Positions 29,492 through 38,713 of a stretch of DNA of 64,000 nucleotides are shown piece by piece. How positions within the stretch are numbered: the first letter of the stretch is position 1; every line of letters starts with the position of its first letter. The DNA lies in sequence record MW749006.1; one strand, given 5' to 3'. The translations under genes and the position numbers were made by a program. Under the pieces are notes generated by a model. The model was not told the DNA's origin and ran no database searches. It worked only from the letters and a program-made list of their open reading frames with translations.

Positions 29492-30421
29492 ATGTCCATT
29501 AATATCGTTGGTTTCGTTAAGAAACTATTACCAAGCTTCAGTAAGTCAGATCTAGAAGCTGACATGCAAGCTTCCTTAGATGCAATCGGTGTAGTGTTGA
29601 CTACATTCCACAACCTTGGTGAAGTGAATGAAGGTGCTGGTCTTTCTTCTAAAGAGAACAAAGAACTAGTTAAGAACTTCTACAAAGAACTAGGTAACAA
29701 TCCAAAAACTAAAGTGCGTTTGTTGAACCGTGATAAGATCGGTAAAGACATGGTTACTTTGTTTAGTAACGTTCAGACTAATGGTGAGTACTTACTCCGT
29801 GAGATAGATGATGCTCTTAACGATGTAATTGTATCTCACGCGTTGACAGCTTACAAAGCTAACATCATGCGTACTCCAGCTCACTTCTACTTCATGTCTA
29901 AGTTTGCTTTAGATATGGCTAACTATATCTATGTTAACGAAGCACTAGCTGCTGGTCTTAAAGTAGATGGTGATTACAAACTCAATAAGAAACAAATTGA
30001 GATGGTAGAGAAGAATCTTTGGATCTTCGTTAAGTTAGTTAATGTCTACGGTGACGAACCTAAACACTTTAAAGAGAACTTAGATCGTGTTGGTAACATC
30101 ACTCTAAGTAAAGATGGTGCTGAAGACGCTGTGACTGCGTTTAACACTGATGAGTTAGATATCACTAGTACAGTACCTAATGGCTTCATCGGCTCACCTA
30201 TCTACTCTATACGTCTAGTATTTGCACAATGGGAAGCAGATCGTTACCGCGTATTGAAAGACCGTAAGAAGTTACTGGAATTACGTAAACTACATTTAGA
30301 AGTATTACGTAGTCAAGGTCAATCTGATCTTTCTATTGAGAAAGACATTAACTATCTTCAAAAGCGAATTACTGATATTGATTACTCTTTAAGTAAGATT
30401 GAGGATAGTATAAATGCATAA
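29492..30421 (+). CDS. Inner-head protein (phiKZ gp90-like)
   Basis: 309 aa helical protein; synteny. Confidence 0.5.
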   Translation: MSINIVGFVKKLLPSFSKSDLEADMQASLDAIGVVLTTFHNLGEVNEGAGLSSKENKELVKNFYKELGNNPKTKVRLLNRDKIGKDMVTLFSNVQTNGEYLLREIDDALNDVIVSHALTAYKANIMRTPAHFYFMSKFALDMANYIYVNEALAAGLKVDGDYKLNKKQIEMVEKNLWIFVKLVNVYGDEPKHFKENLDRVGNITLSKDGAEDAVTAFNTDELDITSTVPNGFIGSPIYSIRLVFAQWEADRYRVLKDRKKLLELRKLHLEVLRSQGQSDLSIEKDINYLQKRITDIDYSLSKIEDSINA

Positions 30422-30938
30422 TGATTATAGTCGTTTATTAACCACTGGTTTTGTCTTACGTGAAGACACACCAAAGATGTTGGTTGCTGAAGATTTTATT
30501 GACAAACATAACTTAGGTTTTGATGTCTATAGAGTTGAAGGTATTAAGGAACTCTATTCAGAGTACTTAAGTAATCCTATTCATGAGAACTACATGTCTT
30601 TAGTGGATGTTGTGTCTAGTGTTATAGGACATCTCACTGTTGAAGAGTTCTTTATTAAAGGACAAGCTAACAACACAACAATCACTCCTTTAACTACTTG
30701 TCTGATTGAAGATGTTTTACGTGGTACTTACCACAAGACTCATTTGAAATACGCAGTAGCTACAAGTGGTTTGAAGTTATGTCTATTAGCTAATTTAACT
30801 AACGGTGTTAAGTTAGAGAAGCAATTCAAAGACGCTTGGGAGTCTAATGGTAAACCTTCGATGGTTAACTTACTCAGTGGTATCATTGCAGAGAAAGAAG
30901 TCTTTGTATCGTTCCTTAGATATGTCTTCGTTGACTAG
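30414..30938 (+). CDS. Hypothetical virion-operon protein
   Basis: 174-aa ORF overlapping the upstream stop. Confidence 0.65.
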   Translation: MHNDYSRLLTTGFVLREDTPKMLVAEDFIDKHNLGFDVYRVEGIKELYSEYLSNPIHENYMSLVDVVSSVIGHLTVEEFFIKGQANNTTITPLTTCLIEDVLRGTYHKTHLKYAVATSGLKLCLLANLTNGVKLEKQFKDAWESNGKPSMVNLLSGIIAEKEVFVSFLRYVFVD

Positions 30939-30946
30939 GAGGTACT

Positions 30947-32443
30947 GTGTTTAAACTTTTCTCTATGGAGGACTCTAACACGGAGTCCTCTAATGACTTG
31001 TTGATAGATAAGATCATTAAACAAACTAAACAACCTGAAAATCCTTTATCATTAACTACAGATATTCTTAAACAACGTCAACAGTTAGAAGTACAGATTA
31101 GTGAGCAATTACAGAAGAGTCCTGACTCTGAAGAATCTGACACTACTAACGACGAAGATGATTCTGGTGATGAGGATACTAATGAGGATACTAGCGATGA
31201 AGGATCTGACAGTGACGACTCTGACTCGGAAGACTCAGAAGAGAGTGAAGATGAATCCGAGACTGATGAGGTTGACGATGGTGACTCTGAAGAGACTGAT
31301 GATGAAGATGATGAAAAGGACGAAGTAGAGAAAGATGAGGACGACACTTCTGATGCTGAAGAAGAAGACTCTCTTAACGATTTAATCGGTTCTGCTTTAA
31401 ATGAAAAGGACGACTCTAAGGATAAGAAAGAAGACAAGAAGAAAGAAGTTGCTAAAGAATCCTTCAAGTCTCCTGTTCCTAAGAAGAAGAAACATTTGAA
31501 GGATATCTTTACTCCTATCGTTAAAGAGTATGAAAACTACTTGAAGGGTATGAGTCAGTATGGTATGGAGAGTGAAGCCACGCCTATTGAGAAGCAACCT
31601 ATAGTCTATGTCAAGGAATCAGTCCTAGAGTCCTTAGACAACCTTGTAGAAGCTTCTAGAGTGTATGTTGAGAACAACGTTAACTTTGTTAACACCGCTA
31701 GCACTGCAAGTAAAGAACTCAACGAACGTTTGACTATCTTTAGTCAGTATGTAGAAGCTGAGAAGTATCACTTTACACATCAACTGGTAGATGATAAAGA
31801 TATCTTAGGTATGGTTGCTAACACTAGTACTGCTGAACCAAGAGACACTGTAAAGGTTCTTTTGAAGTATGTGGACAATGTCAACCAGGCTATTATCTAT
31901 GCTCTCGGTAATAGTTATGATAATCTTGCTAGTAGTTTTGGTAATTCTGACTTTGAATTGAAAGGTGATGACTTAGTATATAAAACTATGTTACCTGGTT
32001 TCAATACAGTTCAAGTTCATTTGGAAGAATACCGTAACTATTTATCTACTAATGTTCAAGAATTCGAGTTCTATAAACTCAAGGTTATGAAGACTGAGGA
32101 TCTCTACAATCTTAAATCTATCGGGTTGACTGAAGATAAGGATTTAGTGTATCTAGTTGATTCTATGAATAAACTGTTTGGACGATTGATTTCTACAGTA
32201 GATAATGTCAGTGATGTCACTACTAACTTCAATAAGTTAATAGATGAGGTTAAGGTTATTCGTTATGATGTTGAGAAAGGTAACGGTAACGATCTAACTC
32301 AAATTGGTATTGATGCTAAAGTTCAAGACTTCATTCGGTTTAAATTAGCGATAGAAGCATTCTATATTAACTACAATTTAATGAGCGATTATTTAGTCGG
32401 ATTATTTAGTGTGCTTAATATAGTGGTAGACCTTAAAGAATAG
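30947..32443 (+). CDS. Head protein with a long Asp/Glu-rich propeptide
   Basis: N-terminal KLFSMED, ~90-aa D/E/S tract, AKES and GMES motifs. Confidence 0.65.
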   Translation: MFKLFSMEDSNTESSNDLLIDKIIKQTKQPENPLSLTTDILKQRQQLEVQISEQLQKSPDSEESDTTNDEDDSGDEDTNEDTSDEGSDSDDSDSEDSEESEDESETDEVDDGDSEETDDEDDEKDEVEKDEDDTSDAEEEDSLNDLIGSALNEKDDSKDKKEDKKKEVAKESFKSPVPKKKKHLKDIFTPIVKEYENYLKGMSQYGMESEATPIEKQPIVYVKESVLESLDNLVEASRVYVENNVNFVNTASTASKELNERLTIFSQYVEAEKYHFTHQLVDDKDILGMVANTSTAEPRDTVKVLLKYVDNVNQAIIYALGNSYDNLASSFGNSDFELKGDDLVYKTMLPGFNTVQVHLEEYRNYLSTNVQEFEFYKLKVMKTEDLYNLKSIGLTEDKDLVYLVDSMNKLFGRLISTVDNVSDVTTNFNKLIDEVKVIRYDVEKGNGNDLTQIGIDAKVQDFIRFKLAIEAFYINYNLMSDYLVGLFSVLNIVVDLKE

Positions 32444-32587
32444 TTAAGTGTTCGTTTTGGTTTAAAAAGAATCTATTCCAGGTGGGATAGTACATCCGTT
32501 AACTTTGAGAGCTCTTAAAAGAAGACGGGTGTTCGGTTACATTAAGTAACTATACGTATAGTTTTTTAACGTTTTGAGGAATATAGC

Positions 32588-33844
32588 ATGTCTAAGAAGT
32601 TATTTGCAATGGAAGAAATGGACAACGAAATCTCTGATGTAGAATTAGAAGTTGGTCCAGAAGAAGGCGAAGTTGCTGACGTTCAAGCTGAAATGGAAGC
32701 TGAAATTGCTGACGTTGCTAGCGATGCTGACGGTATTGAAAACGCTGAAGAAGCTGGTGATCAACTAGCTGAAGTTGGTGAGTTAGTACAAGGTGCTGGT
32801 GAAGAAGGCGAAGGTCTTGATCCAGTTGCTGCTGAAGCTGTTCGTATCGCTGTTGAAGCTATCTGTGCTCGTGTTGGTGCTGATCCTAAGAAAATGGGTA
32901 TGTACCACCTGTACGCTACTGAGAACTTTGCTTCTACTTCTTCACGTAAAGCAAACACTCAGATCGCTCTTGAAGGTATCAAAGACTTCCTGAAAGAACT
33001 GTGGGCTAAAATCAAATCAGCAGTTTCTAACCTTTGGAAGAAAGTAACTGATTTCTGGAACAAGCACTTGTCTTCACTTGGTCGTATTCAGAAAGCTCTT
33101 GAGTCTATGAAGAAGAAAGTTGCTGCATCTAAAGGTGAGTTCAAAGGCACTAGCATCATCGAGAAAGCTCCTAGTGGTTTAGTAAGCTTGTTCCCTGGTG
33201 AAGGTAACTTGAGCCATGGTCGTATCTCAACCATGATCAAATCTCACGAAGAAGCGCACACTGCTTTTGGTAAGGTTGCTAACTCTACCTCTAAGTTGGG
33301 TGATGATTTAATCAAAGCACTGAACGCAGCTACTCCAGACGAAGCTAGCATCACTGCAGAACTCGCTAAACTAAGCGTAAGTACTGATGCTGTTGATTTT
33401 GGTACTGAAGCATCTCCTTTGGTTGGTGGTGTTCATTACAAGTACGAGTTCGTTAAAGACGACGAAAACGGTAAAGTAACTGTTACTGTAAGCACTGACA
33501 AAGTTGAAGCTGGCGATGCTGAACCAAAAATGACTGCTGGTGGTAAAGATGATCTTAAAACTATCATCGACTCAACCTTAGCTGTTATTAAGACTGCTTC
33601 TAAAGTTCGTGTTGAACTTGACAAGTCTGGCAAAGAGTTTGACAAGGTTATGAGTTCTATCCAGAAGTACATTAGTAAGCTGGATGAAACTGGTCAGACT
33701 AGCGTTTCTAATGCTCTTACCACTATCCGTGGTGTTAACACTAACCTGTTGACCTTCTCTACTAAGTTGATTGGTGGTGATGTTCGCTTGGCTAAAGGTG
33801 TTATTGGTTACGCAAGCGCTTCTATGAAGCTGTACAAAGCTTAA
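32588..33844 (+). CDS. Inner-head (ejection) protein, paralog 1 (phiKZ gp93-97 family)
   Basis: Acidic propeptide, ATEN/ALEG processing motifs, IKDFLKELWAKIK helix. Confidence 0.7.
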   Translation: MSKKLFAMEEMDNEISDVELEVGPEEGEVADVQAEMEAEIADVASDADGIENAEEAGDQLAEVGELVQGAGEEGEGLDPVAAEAVRIAVEAICARVGADPKKMGMYHLYATENFASTSSRKANTQIALEGIKDFLKELWAKIKSAVSNLWKKVTDFWNKHLSSLGRIQKALESMKKKVAASKGEFKGTSIIEKAPSGLVSLFPGEGNLSHGRISTMIKSHEEAHTAFGKVANSTSKLGDDLIKALNAATPDEASITAELAKLSVSTDAVDFGTEASPLVGGVHYKYEFVKDDENGKVTVTVSTDKVEAGDAEPKMTAGGKDDLKTIIDSTLAVIKTASKVRVELDKSGKEFDKVMSSIQKYISKLDETGQTSVSNALTTIRGVNTNLLTFSTKLIGGDVRLAKGVIGYASASMKLYKA

Positions 33845-33859
33845 GTAGTAACTTGATTA

Positions 33860-33894
33860 GAAACTACCGGGATAAAACCTGGTAGTTTCTTTTC
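33860..33894 (+). terminator. Intrinsic terminator
   Basis: gaaactaccggg-ataaaa-cctggtagtttc plus ttttt. Confidence 0.7.
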
Positions 33895-33937
33895 TACATG
33901 TTCGAATTGTTTGGTATTTATCAATTAGGAGCCTATC

Positions 33938-35194
33938 ATGGCTAAGAAGTTATTTGCACTAGAAGACTTAGAAAACGAAATCTCTGACGTAGAAATGGAA
34001 GTGTCTCCTGAAGAAGGTGAGATTGCTGACGTTCAAGCTGAAGTAGAATCAGAGATGGGTGATATCATTAGCACTGGTGATGGTATTGAAGACGCTGCTG
34101 AAGCTGGTGATCAACTTGAAGAAGTTGGTGAGTTAGTAGAAGGCGCTGAAGAAGGTCTTGATCCAGTTGCTGCTGAAGCTGTTCGTATCGCTGTTGAAGC
34201 TATCTGTTCTCGTCTTGGAGCTGATCCAAAACAAATGGGTATGTACCACTTGTACGCTACTGAGAACTTCCAATCTAGTTCTTCACGTAAAGCAAACACT
34301 CAGATCGCTCTTGAAGGTATCAAAGACTTCTTGAAAGAACTGTGGGAAAAGATCAAGAACGCAGTTAAGTCTCTCTGGAAGAAAGTAACTGATTTCTGGG
34401 CTAAGCATTTGTCTTCACTTGGTCGTATCAAGAAAGCTCTAGAAGCTATGAAGAAGAAAGTTGCTTCTTCTAAAGGTACTTTTAAAGGTACTAGTATCCT
34501 CGATAAAGCACCAAGTGGTTTAGTGTCAGCTTTTGCTGGTAAGAAAACTATCAACGCTGAAGTAGTTACTAGTTATATTGCTAGTCATTCTGCTGTTAGT
34601 GGTGTGTTCCAAGGTGTTATCAATAAGACTTCTGATACACAGTTAATCGTTATTAAGAATTCTGAAGCTGGCGCTGGTGTGTTCAAGAACATCCGTGATA
34701 AAGTAGCTGGTGAAGCTGCGGAGTTCGGTTCTAAAGATGCTCCTCTGATCGGTGGTGTTTACTACAAGTATGAGTTTGAAGTAGAAGAAGATAAAGTTAC
34801 TACTAACGTAACTACTGAAACTATTGATGACGTAGAAACCGAACTTAAAATGATCGCTGGTGGTAAAGAAGATCTTTCTTCTGTTATCGCTAAGACTTTA
34901 GTAGTGATTGATAACACTATCAAAGTTAAAGGTTCTATGGATAAAGCTGGTAAAGAGTTTGATAACCACACTTCAGCTATTGAGCAGTTGATTAACAAAC
35001 GTGAAGGTAATAAAGCGTTTGAAGGTCAGACAGCTCAAGAAGTAACTAAAGAGTTGCGTGATAAACTAAACGTTATTCGTAGCGTTAACGTTGGTCTATT
35101 GACGTTCTCTACTAAGTTAGTTTCTGCTGATGTTAAGTTAGCTAAAGCAGTACTTGGTTTCTGTGCTACTTCAATGAAGTTGTACAAAGATTAA
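33938..35194 (+). CDS. Inner-head (ejection) protein, paralog 2
   Basis: Close paralog of 32588-33844, sharing identical 57-nt and 52-nt DNA blocks. Confidence 0.7.
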   Translation: MAKKLFALEDLENEISDVEMEVSPEEGEIADVQAEVESEMGDIISTGDGIEDAAEAGDQLEEVGELVEGAEEGLDPVAAEAVRIAVEAICSRLGADPKQMGMYHLYATENFQSSSSRKANTQIALEGIKDFLKELWEKIKNAVKSLWKKVTDFWAKHLSSLGRIKKALEAMKKKVASSKGTFKGTSILDKAPSGLVSAFAGKKTINAEVVTSYIASHSAVSGVFQGVINKTSDTQLIVIKNSEAGAGVFKNIRDKVAGEAAEFGSKDAPLIGGVYYKYEFEVEEDKVTTNVTTETIDDVETELKMIAGGKEDLSSVIAKTLVVIDNTIKVKGSMDKAGKEFDNHTSAIEQLINKREGNKAFEGQTAQEVTKELRDKLNVIRSVNVGLLTFSTKLVSADVKLAKAVLGFCATSMKLYKD

Positions 35195-35208
35195 ATTGTG
35201 ACCTGAAT

Positions 35209-35245
35209 GAACCACCGGGGGATTACCTCCGGTGGTTCTTCCTTT
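35209..35245 (+). terminator. Intrinsic terminator
   Basis: gaaccaccggggg-atta-cctccggtggttc plus ttccttt. Confidence 0.65.
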
Positions 35246-35289
35246 ATTATGTAGTCCAAGAATTCTGTGATTAAAATAAGGAGCTTATC

Positions 35290-36705
35290 ATGGCTAAGTT
35301 GTTATACGATAAAGAACCACGTGAGGAAATCATTCCTTCACTCACTCGAAACGGTGTTACTATTTCCGAAGAAGAGATGTGTCAATTAGACGATGACTTC
35401 GTTAGTCTTGAGAATTACACTGAATCTTACATCAGTGTCTCCACTGTCTATGAACATTTAGTTGACAAACCAATTAACTTTCTAGATTCAGGTAACTTTG
35501 TACTTTACAACGAATACATTAAGAACATCACTAAGAACTTAGACACAAAGTCTCCTGTGTTGTTTATCTCTCAAGAAGCAATAGATCATATGCCTTCTGT
35601 TGTACTTAACCGTAAGCTTGCTCTAGAAGGCTTTGTAGCTGACATGTGGGCTAAGATCAAAGAACTCTTCAAACGCATCTATGAAGCTGTTAAGAAGTTC
35701 TTTGCGGACATCTTTACTCGTATGGGTAGAATGAAGAAGAAGCTTAAGAACCTAGAGAAAGTTTTGGGTAGCACTAACAAAGACATTAAGACTATTCACT
35801 TAGATAAGATACCTGGTGGTTTAGCTAGTTCTTATCCGGTAAGTGGTTCTGTTAATTACAATGCTGTAATGGAAGTCTTTGCTAACACAACTTTAGGAAC
35901 TACTGCTTTAGTTAAGATTAACGCTGAAGCTAAGAAGTTAGCTGGTGAAGATATACTAGATTCTAGTTTTGTTGCAGATATTAAAGCTTTGAAATCTAAG
36001 TCTGCTGCATTAAAACAAGAAACAGGTAATCAACCTACAGACACAACTAAACCTTCAGAAGGAGGTTCGTTAACTGATGCTTCTAAGTCTATAGATGCTC
36101 CTGTTAATAAAGCTGAGAGTGATGCTATAGAGATAGGTAGTAAAGTTGAGAACGAAGGTATTACTAATAGTGATAGTGATACTGAAGGTGAGAACAAAGC
36201 ACTCGCTAGCTTTAAATTGTTCTCTAAGAATGTAGCTGATACCTTAGAACCATTGAAAGGTAAGAAGTTAATCAAAGGTAAGATTATATCTGAGATTGAA
36301 GTAGATGCTGAAAGTTCTCTTAAGTTCGTTATAACTACTGAGAAAGATAAACCAGATGGTATTAACTTAGGTGATAAAACTGAGTTAATTAAATTGATCT
36401 CTGCTAGTAATAAGATCTTTGAAGGGATGGAATCTGTTGCTAAAACTTTTAGTGAAGTTAATGACTCTATCTTTAAGAACTTAGACGCAGTAGATAAGAT
36501 CACTAAAGACATTGACGCTATTCAAATAGAGTCTTTAGGTAAGTATCGTGCTGTTCTTCAGAAGAAGATCAAGACTCGTCTTAACTTGATGAAGAACTTC
36601 TTTAAAGGTTACAATGAAGTTAATAAGAATATGTTCAGTATGACTATTGACGCTATTGATGGTAACATTAATTACACTGTGTTATCACTTAAGTATTTCG
36701 GTTAG
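35290..36705 (+). CDS. Inner-head protein paralog
   Basis: ALEGFVADMWAKIKELFKRI motif like the neighbouring paralogs. Confidence 0.65.
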   Translation: MAKLLYDKEPREEIIPSLTRNGVTISEEEMCQLDDDFVSLENYTESYISVSTVYEHLVDKPINFLDSGNFVLYNEYIKNITKNLDTKSPVLFISQEAIDHMPSVVLNRKLALEGFVADMWAKIKELFKRIYEAVKKFFADIFTRMGRMKKKLKNLEKVLGSTNKDIKTIHLDKIPGGLASSYPVSGSVNYNAVMEVFANTTLGTTALVKINAEAKKLAGEDILDSSFVADIKALKSKSAALKQETGNQPTDTTKPSEGGSLTDASKSIDAPVNKAESDAIEIGSKVENEGITNSDSDTEGENKALASFKLFSKNVADTLEPLKGKKLIKGKIISEIEVDAESSLKFVITTEKDKPDGINLGDKTELIKLISASNKIFEGMESVAKTFSEVNDSIFKNLDAVDKITKDIDAIQIESLGKYRAVLQKKIKTRLNLMKNFFKGYNEVNKNMFSMTIDAIDGNINYTVLSLKYFG

Positions 36706-36715
36706 GAGTAGATGT

Positions 36716-38656
36716 ATGAATAAGTTATTCTCTATGGAGGAATACTCTAAAGAAGAAGATGTTCCTGTGTTAGATAATAAGACTGTAGACATGGGTGCAG
36801 TTTTACAAGGTACTGATTTCTCTGAAGAGATTGAAGATGTAGATATCCTTGGTGAAATGGTTACTGAGTCTATTCAGATGTGTTCTAGTCAAATGTCTTT
36901 AGCTAGTGAAGCTGCTAACGATCTTAAGAATCGCAGGTTAGGTAGTGTAGACTATCTAGTGTCGGTTGAGAACTATAAACTAATCACTGATGTTCTAGCT
37001 AGTAACTTAGGTGTCAAACCTTTTGTTCCTTCATTAGAAGACTTTGGTAGTAAGTTTGCTTTAGAAGCTTCTCATCAGGTAGCTATGGAAGGCTTCCTTA
37101 ACTTCATTAAGAAGATGTGGGATAAGATCAAGAAGTTCTTCCTAGAGTTCTTTAAGAAGGTAGGACAGTTCATCAAACGTATCTCAGGTGCTAACCTAGA
37201 AATAGACACTTATGAGAAGTATGTTGATGACATCATCCGTAAGATCAAACGTAAACAATTAGTTCTAAGTGACAACACTGTTAAATTAGAGAGTCGTCTT
37301 CCTTCTTTAGTGGCAGAGTTAACCACTAGTGAATTCAACGATGATAGTGAAGTTCTTAATAAAACTGAGAACAAGTTGAATCGTTTAGCTTATGAACTTA
37401 AGAGTATGTACGATCCTGTTAAACTAAGGAACACAGAAAGTTCTCTTAAAGACGTTAGAAGTAATTTAGATGATATCTTAAAGGAAGCCGTTTCTTCTTC
37501 TCCAGATGTTAATCTCCTAAATGACAAATTATCTACAGTAGTACAACAACTTGTTGGTGTAGTTAGTGCTTACTATTTACCTGAAGATTTGAGTAGTAAC
37601 GATGTTCCATCTGAAGTCTACGAAAACATCTTACGTGTAAGTGAGAATGTTAATATCGCAGACATAAAGATTCGTTCTATGGTTAAACCAGGTGATGGTA
37701 AACATTCATTACCTAAACAGTTTAACACTTACTTAGCTTTAGGTGTAGATAAAGGCACTTACATTAAAACTAGTACTGAACTCAACACTTATGTGTCTAG
37801 TAAGATTCCACCAATCGGCACTATAGATAACATAGAGAAGTTCTATAAGACATATAAAGAGTTTGTTAAGTCTTATAATGTTAAAGATAGTAGTAACATC
37901 CTTAACCGTATGAATAAAGATGTTTCTGAATTAATCGGTTATATGGAATCCAAATATAGTAACGTTGTTAACACAGTGAACAACACTGTTTATGTTCAAG
38001 AAAGAATGGAACCTTTCTACGGTAGTGAAACAGAACAACAAATAAGATATATTCTTAGTTTCCCTGAGAAGATGACTAGAAACATCACTGACAAGAAAAT
38101 CAGAGAACAGATGTTTAGTGATATGAAAACGTTATACACTCCAGAGTTTGGAGAAATAATGGACATATTAAAACAAGCCTCTGAGATCTTTGCAGGTATA
38201 GGTAAAGGTACTGTTCCTTTCCTTAATAGTGTAAACTATGATTCTTATCGGGAATGTGAAGAAATCATTTACGGTTTAATCTCGGCAGAATTCTTGAAGG
38301 GTTCAGATAAAGCTAGAGTAGAGAGTGATCTTAAAGATCCTCATTTCTTAAGTGGTTATGTTACCTATGTTAGATGGTTCATGCAGGAAGATAAGAATGT
38401 TGCTAATGACATTACTGCTAATCTACAAGCCATTATCTTGAAGTTAAACAAATACTTAGAAGATAACTTAGCTAGCGTTGGTAATCCAACTGAGATACTT
38501 GAGATTCTTAAAACTATCCAGGAAGCAGTTATTCCTTTCTTAAACACTTACAAGAGTCACGTTACTTCTGTAGCTACTGACTTAAGTGCTATCTACACAG
38601 AAACGCGTGGCGCTGCTATTAAATATATCTATGACTCAGCTCGACTATACCACTAG
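36716..38656 (+). CDS. Inner-head protein paralog
   Basis: ATG 36716 (SD AGGAG); MNKLFSMEE; AMEGFLNFIKKMWDKIK. Confidence 0.65.
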   Translation: MNKLFSMEEYSKEEDVPVLDNKTVDMGAVLQGTDFSEEIEDVDILGEMVTESIQMCSSQMSLASEAANDLKNRRLGSVDYLVSVENYKLITDVLASNLGVKPFVPSLEDFGSKFALEASHQVAMEGFLNFIKKMWDKIKKFFLEFFKKVGQFIKRISGANLEIDTYEKYVDDIIRKIKRKQLVLSDNTVKLESRLPSLVAELTTSEFNDDSEVLNKTENKLNRLAYELKSMYDPVKLRNTESSLKDVRSNLDDILKEAVSSSPDVNLLNDKLSTVVQQLVGVVSAYYLPEDLSSNDVPSEVYENILRVSENVNIADIKIRSMVKPGDGKHSLPKQFNTYLALGVDKGTYIKTSTELNTYVSSKIPPIGTIDNIEKFYKTYKEFVKSYNVKDSSNILNRMNKDVSELIGYMESKYSNVVNTVNNTVYVQERMEPFYGSETEQQIRYILSFPEKMTRNITDKKIREQMFSDMKTLYTPEFGEIMDILKQASEIFAGIGKGTVPFLNSVNYDSYRECEEIIYGLISAEFLKGSDKARVESDLKDPHFLSGYVTYVRWFMQEDKNVANDITANLQAIILKLNKYLEDNLASVGNPTEILEILKTIQEAVIPFLNTYKSHVTSVATDLSAIYTETRGAAIKYIYDSARLYH

Positions 38657-38665
38657 TCGATCACA

Positions 38666-38691
38666 CTCACCCAGGAGCAATCTTGGGTGGG
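38666..38691 (+). terminator. Hairpin with GCAA tetraloop
   Basis: ctcacccagga-gcaa-tcttgggtggg; related to 11528-11557. Confidence 0.5.
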
Positions 38692-38713
38692 TATCTTATC
38701 ACTAGGAGGTTGT

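Noticed and set aside
31078-31467. Poly-Ser antisense ORF and other overlapping track ORFs (e.g. 706-1023, 2193-2639, 36030-36512, 58865-59203, 62298-62711)
   Set aside because: Shadow frames of biased or low-complexity genes on the other strand or frame; no SD or independent motifs.
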